From contig CDPCPM010000435.1 in NCBI GenBank assembly GCA_976551045.1, positions 992,001-1,056,000 of the forward strand: DNA of 64,000 nt, written 5' to 3'. Source of the DNA: Glaucostegus cemiculus. Lineage: Eukaryota. Below, in pieces: positions 52,040-64,000 of this stretch. Within the stretch, counting starts at the first letter, position 1, and each line of letters opens with the position of its first letter. The notes under the pieces were generated by a model. That model ran no database searches, was not told the DNA's origin, and was given only the letters and a program-made list of their open reading frames with translations. Made by a program: the position numbers and the translations under genes.

Positions 52040-52790
52040 TAGAATCAAAGAGTCATACAGCACGGAAACAGGCCCTTCGGCCCAACTAGTCCATGCTGTC
52101 CAAGTTACCTACCTAAGCCAGTCCCATTTGCCTGCATTTAGCCCGTATCCCTCTAAACCTTTCCCTTCCATGTACCTGTCTAAATGCCTTTCAAACATTG
52201 CAATTGTACTGGTCTGTACCACTCCTTCTGGCAGCTTGTTCCATATTCCGCAGCACCTAACACACTCTATAAAAGATTTGCCCCTTACTTCCCCTTTAGA
52301 TTTTCCCCCTTTCACTTTAAATCTACGCCCTCTAGTTTTAGACTCCCCTACCCTGGGAAAAACACTGTGGCCATTCGCCCTGTCAATGCCCCTCATGACA
52401 TTGTGTATCTCAGAAAGATCACCTTTCAGTCTCTTATGCTCCAGGGACAAAAGCCCCAGCTTATCCGGTGTCTCCTTATAACACAAGCCCTCCAATCCCG
52501 GCAACATCCTTGTGAATCTTTATCACACCCTTTCCAGCTTAATGACATTCTCCCTATAGCTCAGCACCCAATACGCCAAACACGGTCTCACCAACATCTT
52601 GTACAGTTGTAACATGATGTCCCAACTCTTGTTCTCAGTGCCCTGACTGATGAAGTCAAGCCCTGCCAAGTGCCTTCTTCACTAAGCCGCATCGCTGTTT
52701 TCAGGGAATTATGTACCTCTAGGTCTCTCCATTCCACAACACTCTCCAGGGCTCTGGTTTAACTTCCCAAAATGCAATGCTTTGCACTTG
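52040..52790 (-). mobile_element. CR1 LINE 3' fragment
   Basis: MLPGLEGLCYKE..RLKGDL..ESKTRGRRFKV. Confidence 0.88.
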
Positions 52791-53159
52791 TTATTACTTG
52801 CTCTTCCTGGATGATCCCACAGTCTGAAGTTCTGTAACCATAGTGGCTAAATGGAATTTACTGCATTGTATAATAACATCTTGTGCACACAGATCCTGTT
52901 TTACTCAATAAGGCATTGGTAACTGCTAATGAGAAACCTTTAAATCAAGGAGCAAAGGCCTTAGCAGAGGCAGGGACTGAGGTGGAGAGTCCAGCTGTAA
53001 GCTGGTTTGCATTGGCAAGCTTCCAAGTACTCCTGCTGATGTAACACAGACACTTTGTTGAGGAGCCTTGGCGAAACTGCAGATCCTTTACAAACCAGTG
53101 GGCTTCTTCGTGTCACTGGTCTCTGGAATGTTGGCCATTACTGCAAGAGGGGGATTGAA

Positions 53160-53580
53160 TATTGGTATTGGTTTATTATTGTCACTTGTACCGAGGTACA
53201 GTGAAAAACTTTGTCTTACAAACCAATCGTACAGGTCAATTCATTACACAGTGCAGTTACATAGTTAGTACAAAGTGCATTGACATAGTACAGTAAAACC
53301 AGTAACAGTACAGAGTAAAGTGTCACAGCTACAGAAAGTGCTGTGCAATAAGGTGCAAGGTCACATAAGGTAGAAAGTGAGGTCACAGACCATCTCATTG
53401 TATAAGTGAACCATTCAATAGTCCTATCACAGTGGGGAAGAAGCTGTCCTTAAGTCTGGTGGTACGTGCCCTCAGGCACCTGTATCTTCTACCCAATGGA
53501 AGAGGAGAGAAGAGAGAATGTCCCGGATGAGTGGGGTCTTTGATTATGCTGGCCACTACACCAAGACAACGAGTATAAAC
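53160..53580 (-). mobile_element. Rex/Babar LINE 3' fragment
   Basis: SIIKDPTHPGHSLFSPLPLGRRYRCLRARTTRLKDSFFPTVIGLLN. Confidence 0.85.
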
Positions 53581-53789
53581 GTAATGATATTGTATTTCAA
53601 CTGTATGGGGTGTGGGTGAGACGGCAGCGGGAGCTCTGTGTACAGTTCTGGTCTCTGTACTTAGTGAGGGATTTACTTGCGTTACTGGGTTCACAAGGTC
53701 CAATCCTGAAATGAAGCAACGTCTTTTGAAAAAAATAGTGGAGCAGTTCGATCCTATACTCAATGTAGCTTAGTAGAAGATAGTGTTTA

Positions 53790-54085
53790 ATACTAGACGA
53801 CGTGCATGTAAGGTGAGGAAGTTAAAAAAGAGATGTGCAAGGGGGAGTTTGTTTTTTCAAAACACAGAGCGGTGGGTGCCTGGAACAGGCTGCCAGGGTA
53901 GTGGTGGAAGCAGATACAACAGCGGTGTTTGAAGGGTTTTTAGACAGACACAAGTATGCAGGGATCGGAGGGATATGGACTATGGGCAGGCAGAAAGGAT
54001 TTAGTTTAATCTGGCCTTGTGTTTGGCAGGGACATGGTGGGCCAAAGGGCCTGTCCTGTGCTGTACTGGTCTGTGTTCTATGTAG
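53790..54085 (+). mobile_element. CR1 LINE 3' fragment
   Basis: CR1 3' UTR ending GGGCCAAAGGGCCTGT..TGTTCTATG. Confidence 0.75.
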
Positions 54086-56029
54086 TGATCTTACTGGAAA
54101 ATAAACGATTCTGAGGGAAGGTATTTCTCCTCACTGGGGAACCAAGACCCTCTCAGAACAAGGGGTCATCCACTACGACGGAGAAAGAGGAACAATTCCT
54201 TCTGCCAGATGTAGTAATCTTTGGAATTCTCTGTCAAAGAGTCACGGAATATATCTGACAGAGAGAGATATTCAGTCAGTCAGAGACTGACAGATGGTAT
54301 GAACTGTGGGGAAATCAAGGGTTGTGGGAAACTGGCAGGAAAGTGGAGCTGGAGGTCAAGGTCAGATCAGCTATGACGTGCAGAACAAGCTGGAGCGGCC
54401 GGATGGTCCACTCCCTTGTCCTGGGACTCGTGGGATAACCACGTCAAACTGGGAATGATGGATGTTCTAACAAACCAATGCAGTATGTCTTAAAATGCAA
54501 AACAAACCCCTAATGGCTACTAAGGTTCACCCTCCTCTCACCTCTTCATTGAACATCGACTGCTAACCCACTCTGTGCCTGAGTTGTCATGAGCAAAACA
54601 GTCCCTCCTACTGGCTCACTCATGATCTGCACTGAGTGAGCTGGTCTAATTGCTGGACCTCGTTAACTTTGGGCAACTGAGCTTAATTATAAGGCTTGGT
54701 TCTTGTGAGTGAACTGAATGGAAACCGTAACCATAGACAACCGGCTGCGGATGGGCTTCCTGGCCAAAGGTGAATGATTACTGATCCCAGATGGAGTCAG
54801 CCAATGGTGTGAGGGACTCCTCACCTACCAGAAGGTTGGACAAGGTTGTCGGACTGAAGTGGCTCGATGGAAAAAAAGAGTAATTGGCCCAATAGAAATT
54901 TTAGCTGGATTAAAAGATCTGGATTAAGGAAACCTCCAACATCCAGCAAATTGTCAAGGAAATGTGGAAAGATTACATACCAGTCTGAACCAGATGGGGT
55001 CAGCCTGACACTGTGGATCAGGTTCCCTGAAGCATTTACAGCTCCCTCTAAGCCACATCTATTTAGCCATTGCTCACAACAGGTTTCATGTCAAATGTTG
55101 TTGTCCTCCTCCTCCTCCATCACAGCCTGTATTCCCAGACACACTCAGGTTATTGTACAGTCATTCCATGTGCTCCGTCTGTCAGGCGAGAGCATGGCAA
55201 AGAAAGGCTGCACGCAGGTCATCTCTGGATGTTACTCATTCTTTGCCTCATTAGCTACTTGAAAGAGAAACCACTGCCAAGAATCAAGGAAACAAACGCC
55301 CCATTTCCAAGGCTCCAAGTCCTGCAGCTTTGTAAAAGCTCGGATTATTTTGTATTTATAGAATTTATGTCCTATCCTGTTTTTTCCCCATCTAAGTATG
55401 CAATCCAAAAACTTCAGCAATTACGAGTTATTTGCTGCTTTTTGACCAGTGGATTTATCCTCACATCATCAAATATTTAGCATTACTGTAAAAACAAAGT
55501 AATTACCCACAGTGAAGAACATCCTGTTCCCTTTGTTTCATGCTAGTTCCGGTACATGTGGCCCAAAGGTTCAGACACATTTCACTCATATGATGCATAG
55601 GGACGTGAGCACTGTAGTAGGAAATCTTTGGCTACAACATGCCTAAAACAGTTTTCCCTTGCATAATCCCGAGTCTAAACTCGTACCAAACAGGCAGATC
55701 ATGCACATCGAACCACGGGTAACAGCCGGCTGCAGCTTGCCCAGTCAAACTGGCTCACGTGCACGATTAACACTCAGGGTGGACCGCGCGCAGGTTAACA
55801 GCTCTGCACAGCGGGGGCGAGTCCCGTTTGCTTACATTTGCACGCTTGCGCCCATTAAACCTTAATGTGGCTCCAACAGGGGTTGCCACTGTCTTGATGT
55901 GATGCATACAGAGCCTGCCACTGTCCAGCTAATGGCATAAACCAGCAAGTGCTGCTGGTGCTTAATGTTGTGGCAGATGCTGGAAAATCATGAAACCAGT
56001 GGTACAGACACTCTTCATCAGCCAAGCAA

Positions 56030-56330
56030 TTTTGGTGTAAATTGGTTTATTATTGTCACATGTACCAAGGCACAGGAAAAGCCATTATTTTGCATGCCAT
56101 CCATACAGATCATTTCATCACATCAGTGCGTTGAGGCAGAACAAGGGAAGACAATAACAGAGTGCAGAAAGAAGTGTTACAGTTACAGAGAAAGTGCAGT
56201 GCAGGCAGACAATAAGGTGCAAGGACATGACGAGGTAGATTGTGAGGTCTGATCGTACTAGGGGACCGTTCAATAGTTTTATAACAGCGGGATAGAAGCT
56301 GTCCTTGAGCCTGGGGGGGGGTGTTCTCAG
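56030..56330 (-). mobile_element. Rex/Babar LINE 3' fragment
   Basis: Shared tail and CTCAAGGACAGCTTCTATCCC ORF end. Confidence 0.75.
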
Positions 56331-56819
56331 CTTTTTGCATCGATGGTGTGCAAAGGGTTAAAACTGGCCCAAAGGTTAACGCCCACAATATCTATGCACC
56401 GTTACAGCCCTGGCACGCCATGCTTCATCAGCCAACAACAGCAGGACACCGACAAAAACAGACACAATGACCGCTGCTCAACAAGTGTCAGTCACCCCTC
56501 CAGAGCTCGACTCCAAACACAGGGCCCTGGACTCTGGCATCCAGCAGAATCTCACTTACAATCCACAACTGGGTTTTGAGCCAGAGTTTGGGTTTTGAAC
56601 TCGAGCCATGCCAAAGGTGACAAACTGCAGAGGTCTGGAATGACACACAATAAAACAGAGGTCTGCATGCTGCTCATGTCTGACCTCCAACTTGAGTCGG
56701 ACTCTCTGGTGTTACCATAGTTTGGAAGCCACAGTGGTAGGACGTCCTGTTTGGAGCAGCCATCCCTCAGCTCAAGACAGGACTTTCTCATCCTCCACAG
56801 GGGCAAGCAGACACAATGT

Positions 56820-57105
56820 GGGCAGCACAGTAACATCATTGGCAGGGCGGCTATCTCTCAGCTTCAACGACCCGGGTTCAGAACTGACCTCTGGAGCCAT
56901 CTGAGTAGCGTTTGTGCATCCTCCGTGACCGCGTGGGTTTCCTCCAGTAATTCCTCCCACATCCCAAGACAGGCCAGTGTAAGGTACCCCCGGTACCACT
57001 TAGGTGGTAGGAGAAAGAATCGGTTGTCGGGGAATGGAACTGATGGGGCTGCTCTGAGAGCCAGCATAGACTCGATGGGCTGAATGGCCCCCTTCTACGT
57101 TGTGA
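56820..57105 (+). mobile_element. V-SINE
   Basis: CGACCCGGGTTCA head; CR1-type tail GATGGGCTGAATGGCC. Confidence 0.7.
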
Positions 57106-57464
57106 GGGAAAGTGGCACCCATGATCAGTTTGATCATCTGAATCCGGGGCCTCTGTGACAATGCAAGCTGAACAAGAACACGAGTATTTTTGGTCCTAAC
57201 ATCCCTGGTCCTTGTTCTATTCCCACTGAAGTGTCTTCACAATGTTTCTGAACCACCCAAAACTTCTAACTCCCTCCTCTCGAAGGTGGTGTGATCGTGA
57301 GCCAAGTAATCATACCCGTTCCCCGGCCAGTCATTACAGCACCTGCCGCTGTCTGGCAGCACCAGTGCGGACGTGCAGCTCCTGAGAGGCACAACCATTG
57401 GTTGTGTGACCACATCTGGAACCCCCTCAGTAACCAGCCCAGTCACTGCACTCCAGAGAATCAT

Positions 57465-57755
57465 TTGGTATTGGTTTATTATTGTCACTTGTACTGAGGT
57501 ACAGTGAAAAACTTGTCTTACAAACCGATTGTACAGGTCAGTTCATTACACAGTGCAGTTACATTGGGTTAGTACAGAGTCCATTGAGGTAGTACAGGTA
57601 AAAACAATAACAGTAAAGTGTCACAGCTACAGAGAAAGTGCAGTGCAACAAGGTTCAAGGTCACAACAAGGTAGATCGTGAGGTGAGGGTCCATCTCATT
57701 GTATAAGGAAACTATTCAAAAGTCTTATCACAGTGGGGTAGAAGCTGTCCTTAAT
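57465..57755 (-). mobile_element. Rex/Babar LINE 3' fragment
   Basis: Closely similar to 53160-53450. Confidence 0.8.
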
Positions 57756-57859
57756 CATTTCAAAAGGGATCTGCAAATTCTCGGCTTTATTAGGAGACAA
57801 TGCATCAGGGCTCATTGGATCAAGCACACAGAGCCTGGAGCACTGGATATTTGGGAATA

Positions 57860-58013
57860 TTCACAGTGGTAGAGAGCCAGTGCCTTGCAGTGCCAGAGAT
57901 CTGGGTTCAATCCTGACCTCCGGTACCGTGTGTGGGGGGAGACGGTGTGTTCTCGTGGCTGTGTGGATTCCCTGGTGCTCCTGTATCCCAAAGATGTGTG
58001 TGGGTTGGAAGAT
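57860..58013 (+). mobile_element. V-SINE 5' part running into the assembly gap
   Basis: GGGTTCAATCCTGACC head and ATCCCAAAGATG core. Confidence 0.7.
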
Positions 58014-58227
58014 NNNNNNNNNNNNNNNNNNNNNNNNNNNNNNNNNNNNNNNNNNNNNNNNNNNNNNNNNNNNNNNNNNNNNNNNNNNNNNNNNNNNNNN
58101 NNNNNNNNNNNNNNNNNNNNNNNNNNNNNNNNNNNNNNNNNNNNNNNNNNNNNNNNNNNNNNNNNNNNNNNNNNNNNNNNNNNNNNNNNNNNNNNNNNNN
58201 NNNNNNNNNNNNNNNNNNNNNNNNNNN
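58014..58227. other. Assembly gap (214 N)
   Basis: Run of n characters. Confidence 1.
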
Positions 58228-58429
58228 CAACCAGGTATCTGGGGTCCCACAAGCAGCAGTGTGATTGCTGCAGTATCTGACTCAACTCCTCAGTGACACC
58301 ACCAAGTCACCCCACCATCTGCAAGGCTCAGCAGGGGTGTGGGAGAAGATCCCTGCAGCACCAGAACTGGTTAACCATGTTCTCCGTGAATGTAGCCCCA
58401 AAGCCAGTCGGGACTGTTCTCTCTAGGGC

Positions 58430-58775
58430 TGTAGAGAGACAGGCCCTCTGTGCCACTGAGCCTGCACTGACCATCAACCACCCATTCACCCTACATTAAT
58501 CTCTTTTGTTAATTCTCCCCACATTCCCATCAACTCCCCCCCCTCACCCTGCCGACACTACCACTCACCCACACACTAGGAGGCAATTTACAGCCTCCAA
58601 TTAACCTATCAACCCAAATCTTTGGGATGTGGGAAGAAACCGGAGCATCCGGGGGGGTGGGGGGGGGAACCCACACAGTCACAGGGAGAAGGTTGCAAAC
58701 TCCACACACAGACGGCACCTGAGGTCATGATCGAACCTGGGTCTGTGAGCCAGCAGCTCTACTAGCTGTGCCAGC
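58430..58775 (-). mobile_element. V-SINE
   Basis: Reverse complement of GACCCAGGTTCGATC..GAGTTTGCA..CCCACATCCCAAAG. Confidence 0.8.
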
Positions 58776-59286
58776 TGGCACTGCGCCTGAGTACCAACCA
58801 GCCCACAGCCCTTCCTGCAGAGCGCCTGAGTCACCTCCCGAAAATCAACTGGACACCGAGGAACACTTGCAAGATGAATTCCAATACACATGACCTCCTT
58901 GTCTGGAAGCACACCTTCCCTCCCCATGCCTCACTCACTCTGTCAGAGCTGCCCCCACCAGCCACCCCCCACCCCCATCAGCACTCTCATGGATCCCTCG
59001 GCCACATAACTAGCAGCTTCTCGGCAGCCTCAGTGTCGATTCGCGTTGAGCAACAGACGCCGACTCTGTGCTGACACCCTCTGCCCATGAGCATTGACAT
59101 GACAGGAAAACCCAAATCCCCATGGCGACACAGCTCTCACGTAACCATCCCTGTTACCGATCATCCCAGCGTCCTCTCTTACATAAACCACAAGATCGGG
59201 AGCCAAGGAAACCAACACGTTATTTTTACACACACAATCATGACACATCCGCACTCCTGCACACTCCCTCAGTCATTTTCAGCAGA

Positions 59287-59640
59287 TAGAATCATCAAGT
59301 TATACGGCACAGAAACAGGCCCTTCGGCCCAACTGCTCCATGCCCACCAAGTTGCCTTACTGAGCTAGTCCCATATCCCTCTAAACCTTTCCTATGCATG
59401 TAATTCTCCAAACACTGTAACTGTACCCACCTCCACCCCTTCCTCTGGCATCTCGTTCCACACACCCACCACCCTGTGTGTGTGAAAAAGTTGCTCCTCA
59501 GTTCCTTTTTATATCTTTCCCCTCTCACTTTGAACCAATGACCTCTAGTCTTGGACTGCCCTACCCTGGGAAAAAGACTTTGGCGAAGTCTATATTCACC
59601 TTATTTACGCCCCTCATGATTTAATAAACCTCGATAAGGT
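59287..59640 (-). mobile_element. CR1 LINE 3' fragment
   Basis: RGERYKKELRSNFFT... Confidence 0.8.
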
Positions 59641-62539
59641 AAGGTGCTTCCTTGGTGCCACAACCAAGCTGGTGAATTGCTTGGGAGGTTGTAGAAGGTC
59701 ATGATGGGTACCTGTCAGCAGCCTAGTGCCCAGCAAGCCTGGCTTTGGACTACATCACCCCAAGATCCCCCAATGAAGTTCCGTTGGAGTGACAGTGGTG
59801 GGAGGATGAACAGTTGCCCTGGGAAGGGGGAGTTGATTTGTGCCCCACACAGTCAGATCAGCAATCTCAGCAGCCTGCTGGAGGGCTGCAAGCCTCGAGG
59901 TCCCAGGAAGTAAAGCAATGCAGAGCCACTGCAGCAGAGGTTGCACTGGGTGGCTGCTGCTCGTGCTGTTGTAGGAGCCATCAGATGTTGTACTGTGACT
60001 GGTCTGCAGGAGGTGGTGTGGATCTCAGCACCACCTCCACTGGGTTTGATAATCCCCTCTTACCTCCACTAAAAAACACACAAAGGTCAACCTAACTGGT
60101 TAAATATGGCGTTAGTCTAGAAGTTGGAGATGCAGCAATTTTGTAAGGACATATTTACATCTTTTCCTGATCACAGAGTCACCCTTCCAATGGTGATGAA
60201 GCACTTTCAGCATGGAACCCGAATATATTTTCTTGCATGAGCACTATTGTAACTTTAAATGACACCTTAATGCTCTTTTATCGGCTATATTTTACCCCAT
60301 TCTCTGTTGAAGTGGAAAATTGTTGACTAATATTCAATTGTTAATTAATTATTTTGCAACATACAAAATAACTTAAGTTCTGTTTATAGAGTACTACAGC
60401 ACGAAAACAGGGCCTTGGCCCAACCTGTCCATGCCGAATTATAATCTTTGAATAATTAAACTGCATTGATATCTAAATCAGAGGAAGAGACCGTGAGCAG
60501 ACATCAAGGGAACAAACTGGAACAGAGATTCAACAAAGTTAACTAAAGACTAACACCAACAATGAAGATGATAGGGACTCTAAAGGGAGACAAATCACCA
60601 GGATCAGCTGGATTGTATCCATGGGTTTAAGGGAACTGGGTGAGTGTTGCAGGAGACCCAACTATACACCTATGCTTCAGAAAAGGTTTGCAATTAGTCC
60701 TACGCCAGCAGTGAAAGCTAAACATGCCACTCAGCTAGATAACAAGGTGAAAGGCAGAACCAGGGAACTGTAGACCAGTTAACCTAACCCATTTCCAGGG
60801 AATTACAAGTCCAGGTTATTACTGACAGTGACTGAACACAGGACAGTAAAGAGGAGGTCATGCCTGGTGGAGAGAGATCTTAAAGTAATGGACAGTGGAA
60901 TGACAATGGATTTATATGGACTTCCTGAAGACATTAATAAAGAACCATGAGTTAGTGCTGAAGCTCATGGAACTGAATACAAGTTGAGAATATGCCAAGT
61001 GACAGAAGACAGGAAGAACATTGGGTGTGACGAGCACGTCCTGCAGGAGAATCAGAGTAGGGGCCACAACTACTCAAGTGACACGATGGGATTGGAAACC
61101 ACTCTGGGTCATTGTGGCAAACAGATCTGAACCTCCACAACCTTCAAGAACTCTATGTCCAAAAGGTCACTGGGAACATTCCCATGGAAAGACTGGTACA
61201 TGGCGTTAGATCACAGAACAGCCAGGATCTCCCCAAATGGCAGAACAGACAATAACCAGGAGAGCTTCCAACAGTTTTGCTTCTCAGAATCCTGGTAACG
61301 CAAAGGAAATTGCTTCATTTCACCAAGCAAGGTGCAACTGCAGCAACCATTTAGTGCACAGGATAAAATACCAGGCGACTGGGTTTGAGCAGTATTGGAT
61401 GTTGGGAGTCAGGAAATAGGATGAGTTGAGTTGTATCTTTTGCATTCGCTGCACCAGACCAAAGGGAACTATGTCACTGGGCCACATGCAAAGTGTGTCT
61501 CACCCAGTGTTTCACTCTGCGGAAGGCACCAATGGACAGACTGAGAAGGGACAGGAGCACAGAGGAGGAACTCGCAACCTCACAAAGTAAACCTTAGAGA
61601 TAGCACGTAAAAGATTTGAGCAAACACAGGGGGACTGAGTGGTAGTAGATGAAGGCCACAAAACCTTTGAAGCAAGTGGATGCACAACTGTGTGTATAAA
61701 AAGGGATCAGAGTGATTTGATATATCCTAATATGGTACAACAGTTTTGCTTGCTGAGGTCACAGGAGGAAGGAATGCCAAATATGTTCAGATGACATTTC
61801 ATATAAACTTATGGAGCTCCAGAATAAGTACTCCAAAGATTTGAGATCATCTTTTCAAATAAAACAGTGTTCAAGTGGGCCAAAATGCAATCATAAACAA
61901 AAGTGAGCCCAGACAGATCAAACATGAGCAGCCATGTTTAATTCATAACAATTTGCTTTGACTTTTACAGCAAGGAGACTTCCACACCCAGGTTAGAAAT
62001 GCATTGTCCCAGTCAGTTTTGCATTGCAAATGCATCCGGTGTCATCAGAAAGCAAACATTGACCTCCTGAAGTTCTCGATGGCTTTTATGTACAACAATT
62101 GTAGTCATACGTTTAAGAGGAATTGCTAACACCAACATTTCAAGTATAGTTTGAACCACTTTAAAACTGGAAAGTTACGTAAACCTTCCTCCTGTCCACA
62201 GACTGCAGACACTCAGGGATTTACAATCTCCCATCTACCTCAAACGGTGCTGCAGCTTTTAGTTTGATGAATCCAGTACAAATGAATCGTGCTCCACTCC
62301 TTCAGCAACAAAGGATACAGGGTATAACCAGGATATAAGTTTGGTTATAGATCCCAGAAACTTTACCTTGATAAAAAGATGCTATAAATTAGCACAATTT
62401 TTATAATACTTTTAAATACCCAATTACTCAACAAACTTTATTCCATTTTTCGAAGGCACCATCTACACATCATGGTTCCCCATTGTAACACTCACACTTT
62501 CCTGTTGAAGAGAAATTTCTCTCCCCTTTTTGTTTTGAA

Positions 62540-63290
62540 AAAGAACCGATTGTTGACTTCAGGAAGGGGAAGGAGGGCAAACATGTACCATTCTACACTG
62601 GGGGATTGGCAGTGGAGAGGGTCAGCAGCTTTAAATTCCTGGGCATTAACATATCCAACGATCTGTCCTGGGCCCAGCACACAGATGCAACTACACAGAA
62701 GGCGCGCCAGCGTCTTTACTTTGTTAGAAGGTTAATGAGATTTGATTCATCACCGAACACTCTAACAAACTTCTACATATGTACTGTTGAAAGTATCCTG
62801 ACTGACTGCATCATGATCTGGTACGGCAATTCAAATGCACAGAATGCAAGAAGCTGCAGAGAGTAGTGGACCCAGCTCAATAAGTCACAGGCACATCCCT
62901 CTCCACCATCGGGAGTACCTACAGGAGGTGTTGCCTTAAGAAGGCAACATTCATCATCAAAGATTCCCACCATCCGGGCCATGCCACCTTCTCACAGCTC
63001 CCATCAAGCAGGAGGTACAGAAGTCTGAAGTCCCACACCACCAGGTTCAGGAACAGCTACTTCCCTTCAACCATTCGGTTCTTGAACCAACCGGCACAGC
63101 CCTAATCACTACCTCAGTATAGCACTTGGCACTACAATACACTTTGTTTTGTTCTAATTGTGTTCTTTCTTGTATAATTTATGTTTAATTTAGATTTTTC
63201 TTGTGAATGTTGTGCTCCTAATACTACATGCCTGTGATGCTGCACCTGTGCATACATGTACTTGTGCACATGACTAGAAACTTGACTTTC
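62540..63290 (+). mobile_element. Rex1/Babar LINE 3' fragment
   Basis: ERVSSFKFLGINISNDLSW..KARQRLYF..FY..TVESILT.CI..WYGN. Confidence 0.88.
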
Positions 63291-63744
63291 TGGCTTCATT
63301 TATCTTCTTGTTTTAACCAGAGGAACTCTAGGTCAAATGCTCATTCATTCATATCCTGCAGCACCACTTCTGGGACTTGGTGTAAAGGAGAATCTGAGTA
63401 AGAGATTAACTAATATTAGACAGGCTGGGACGGTCGAATTCCATACTATCATATCTGACCCAGCAATCGAGTTATAGCTCGGACTTCAACCCATGGGGAA
63501 AGTGTAACAGATCGTCCACATAGCTGCCTGTCAATGCATCAGAAAATCTTGAGGAAACATTATCACAGCATTGACACCTACAATGGCAGTGTTCCTATGA
63601 AGAATTTGAGTGCTGTTGGAAGAAAAGTTTTGATCTCATCAAAGGTCAAGACTTGGAAATGGCCCTTAAGTGGTGATGTCAAACACTCCTAAGATCAGGT
63701 AAAAGTGGGTTAAAAACTGCTGCTTTATGCACTCTACCGATCTC

Positions 63745-64000
63745 ATAGAGTCATACAGCACGGAGGCCATTCAGCCCAAATGGTCCATGCTGACCAAGCT
63801 TCCCATCTTCCCATTTGCTCACGTCTGGCCCAGATCCCTCTACACCTTTCCAAGTGCCTATTAAGTGTTGTTCACGTACCTGCCTCAACCACTTCCTCTG
63901 GCAGCTCCTTCCATGTACAGACCACCCTCTGGATGACAAAGGTCTTCCCTCCACCCCCCCACCAAGGCTCCTATTAAATCTCTCCCCTCTCACCTTAAAC
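63745..64000 (-). mobile_element. CR1 LINE 3' fragment, runs off the window end
   Basis: CR1 3' UTR and RGERFNR segment. Confidence 0.8.

Noticed and set aside
57812-58296. Long ORFs spanning X runs
   Set aside because: Artefact of the N gap.
49885-64000. Upstream ZMIZ exon encoding [20 protein letters not shown]...
   Set aside because: Searched by eye on the minus strand and not found; probably outside the window.

Overview
This is vertebrate intronic and exonic DNA, not prokaryotic. The repeat mix (CR1, Rex/Babar, Penelope, tRNA-head V-SINEs, DeuSINEs) suggests a cartilaginous fish, probably a ray; that is inference. The window holds 11 phase-consistent GT-AG coding exons (about 616 codons) of a minus-strand ZMIZ-family (Zimp/PIAS-like, SP-RING) gene, running from 49884 down to 351. 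Further upstream exons were not found and the SP-RING exons lie beyond position 1. Most diagnostic residues match ZMIZ2, but the gene keeps the ZMIZ1-type N-terminal domain that mammalian ZMIZ2 lacks, and one exon is ZMIZ1-like. The introns are full of decayed retroelements, a decayed Harbinger transposon and minisatellites. The most interesting non-genic signals are a family of short Penelope-derived repeats with degenerate hammerhead-ribozyme motifs (including a ~211 bp foldback element with its own 14-bp TSD), a CR1 inserted right at a 5' splice site, and nested or inverted elements. Exon boundaries were read by hand. TE boundaries are approximate. Family names come from remembered consensus motifs, not database searches. 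I saw no evidence of an intact novel protein-coding system.
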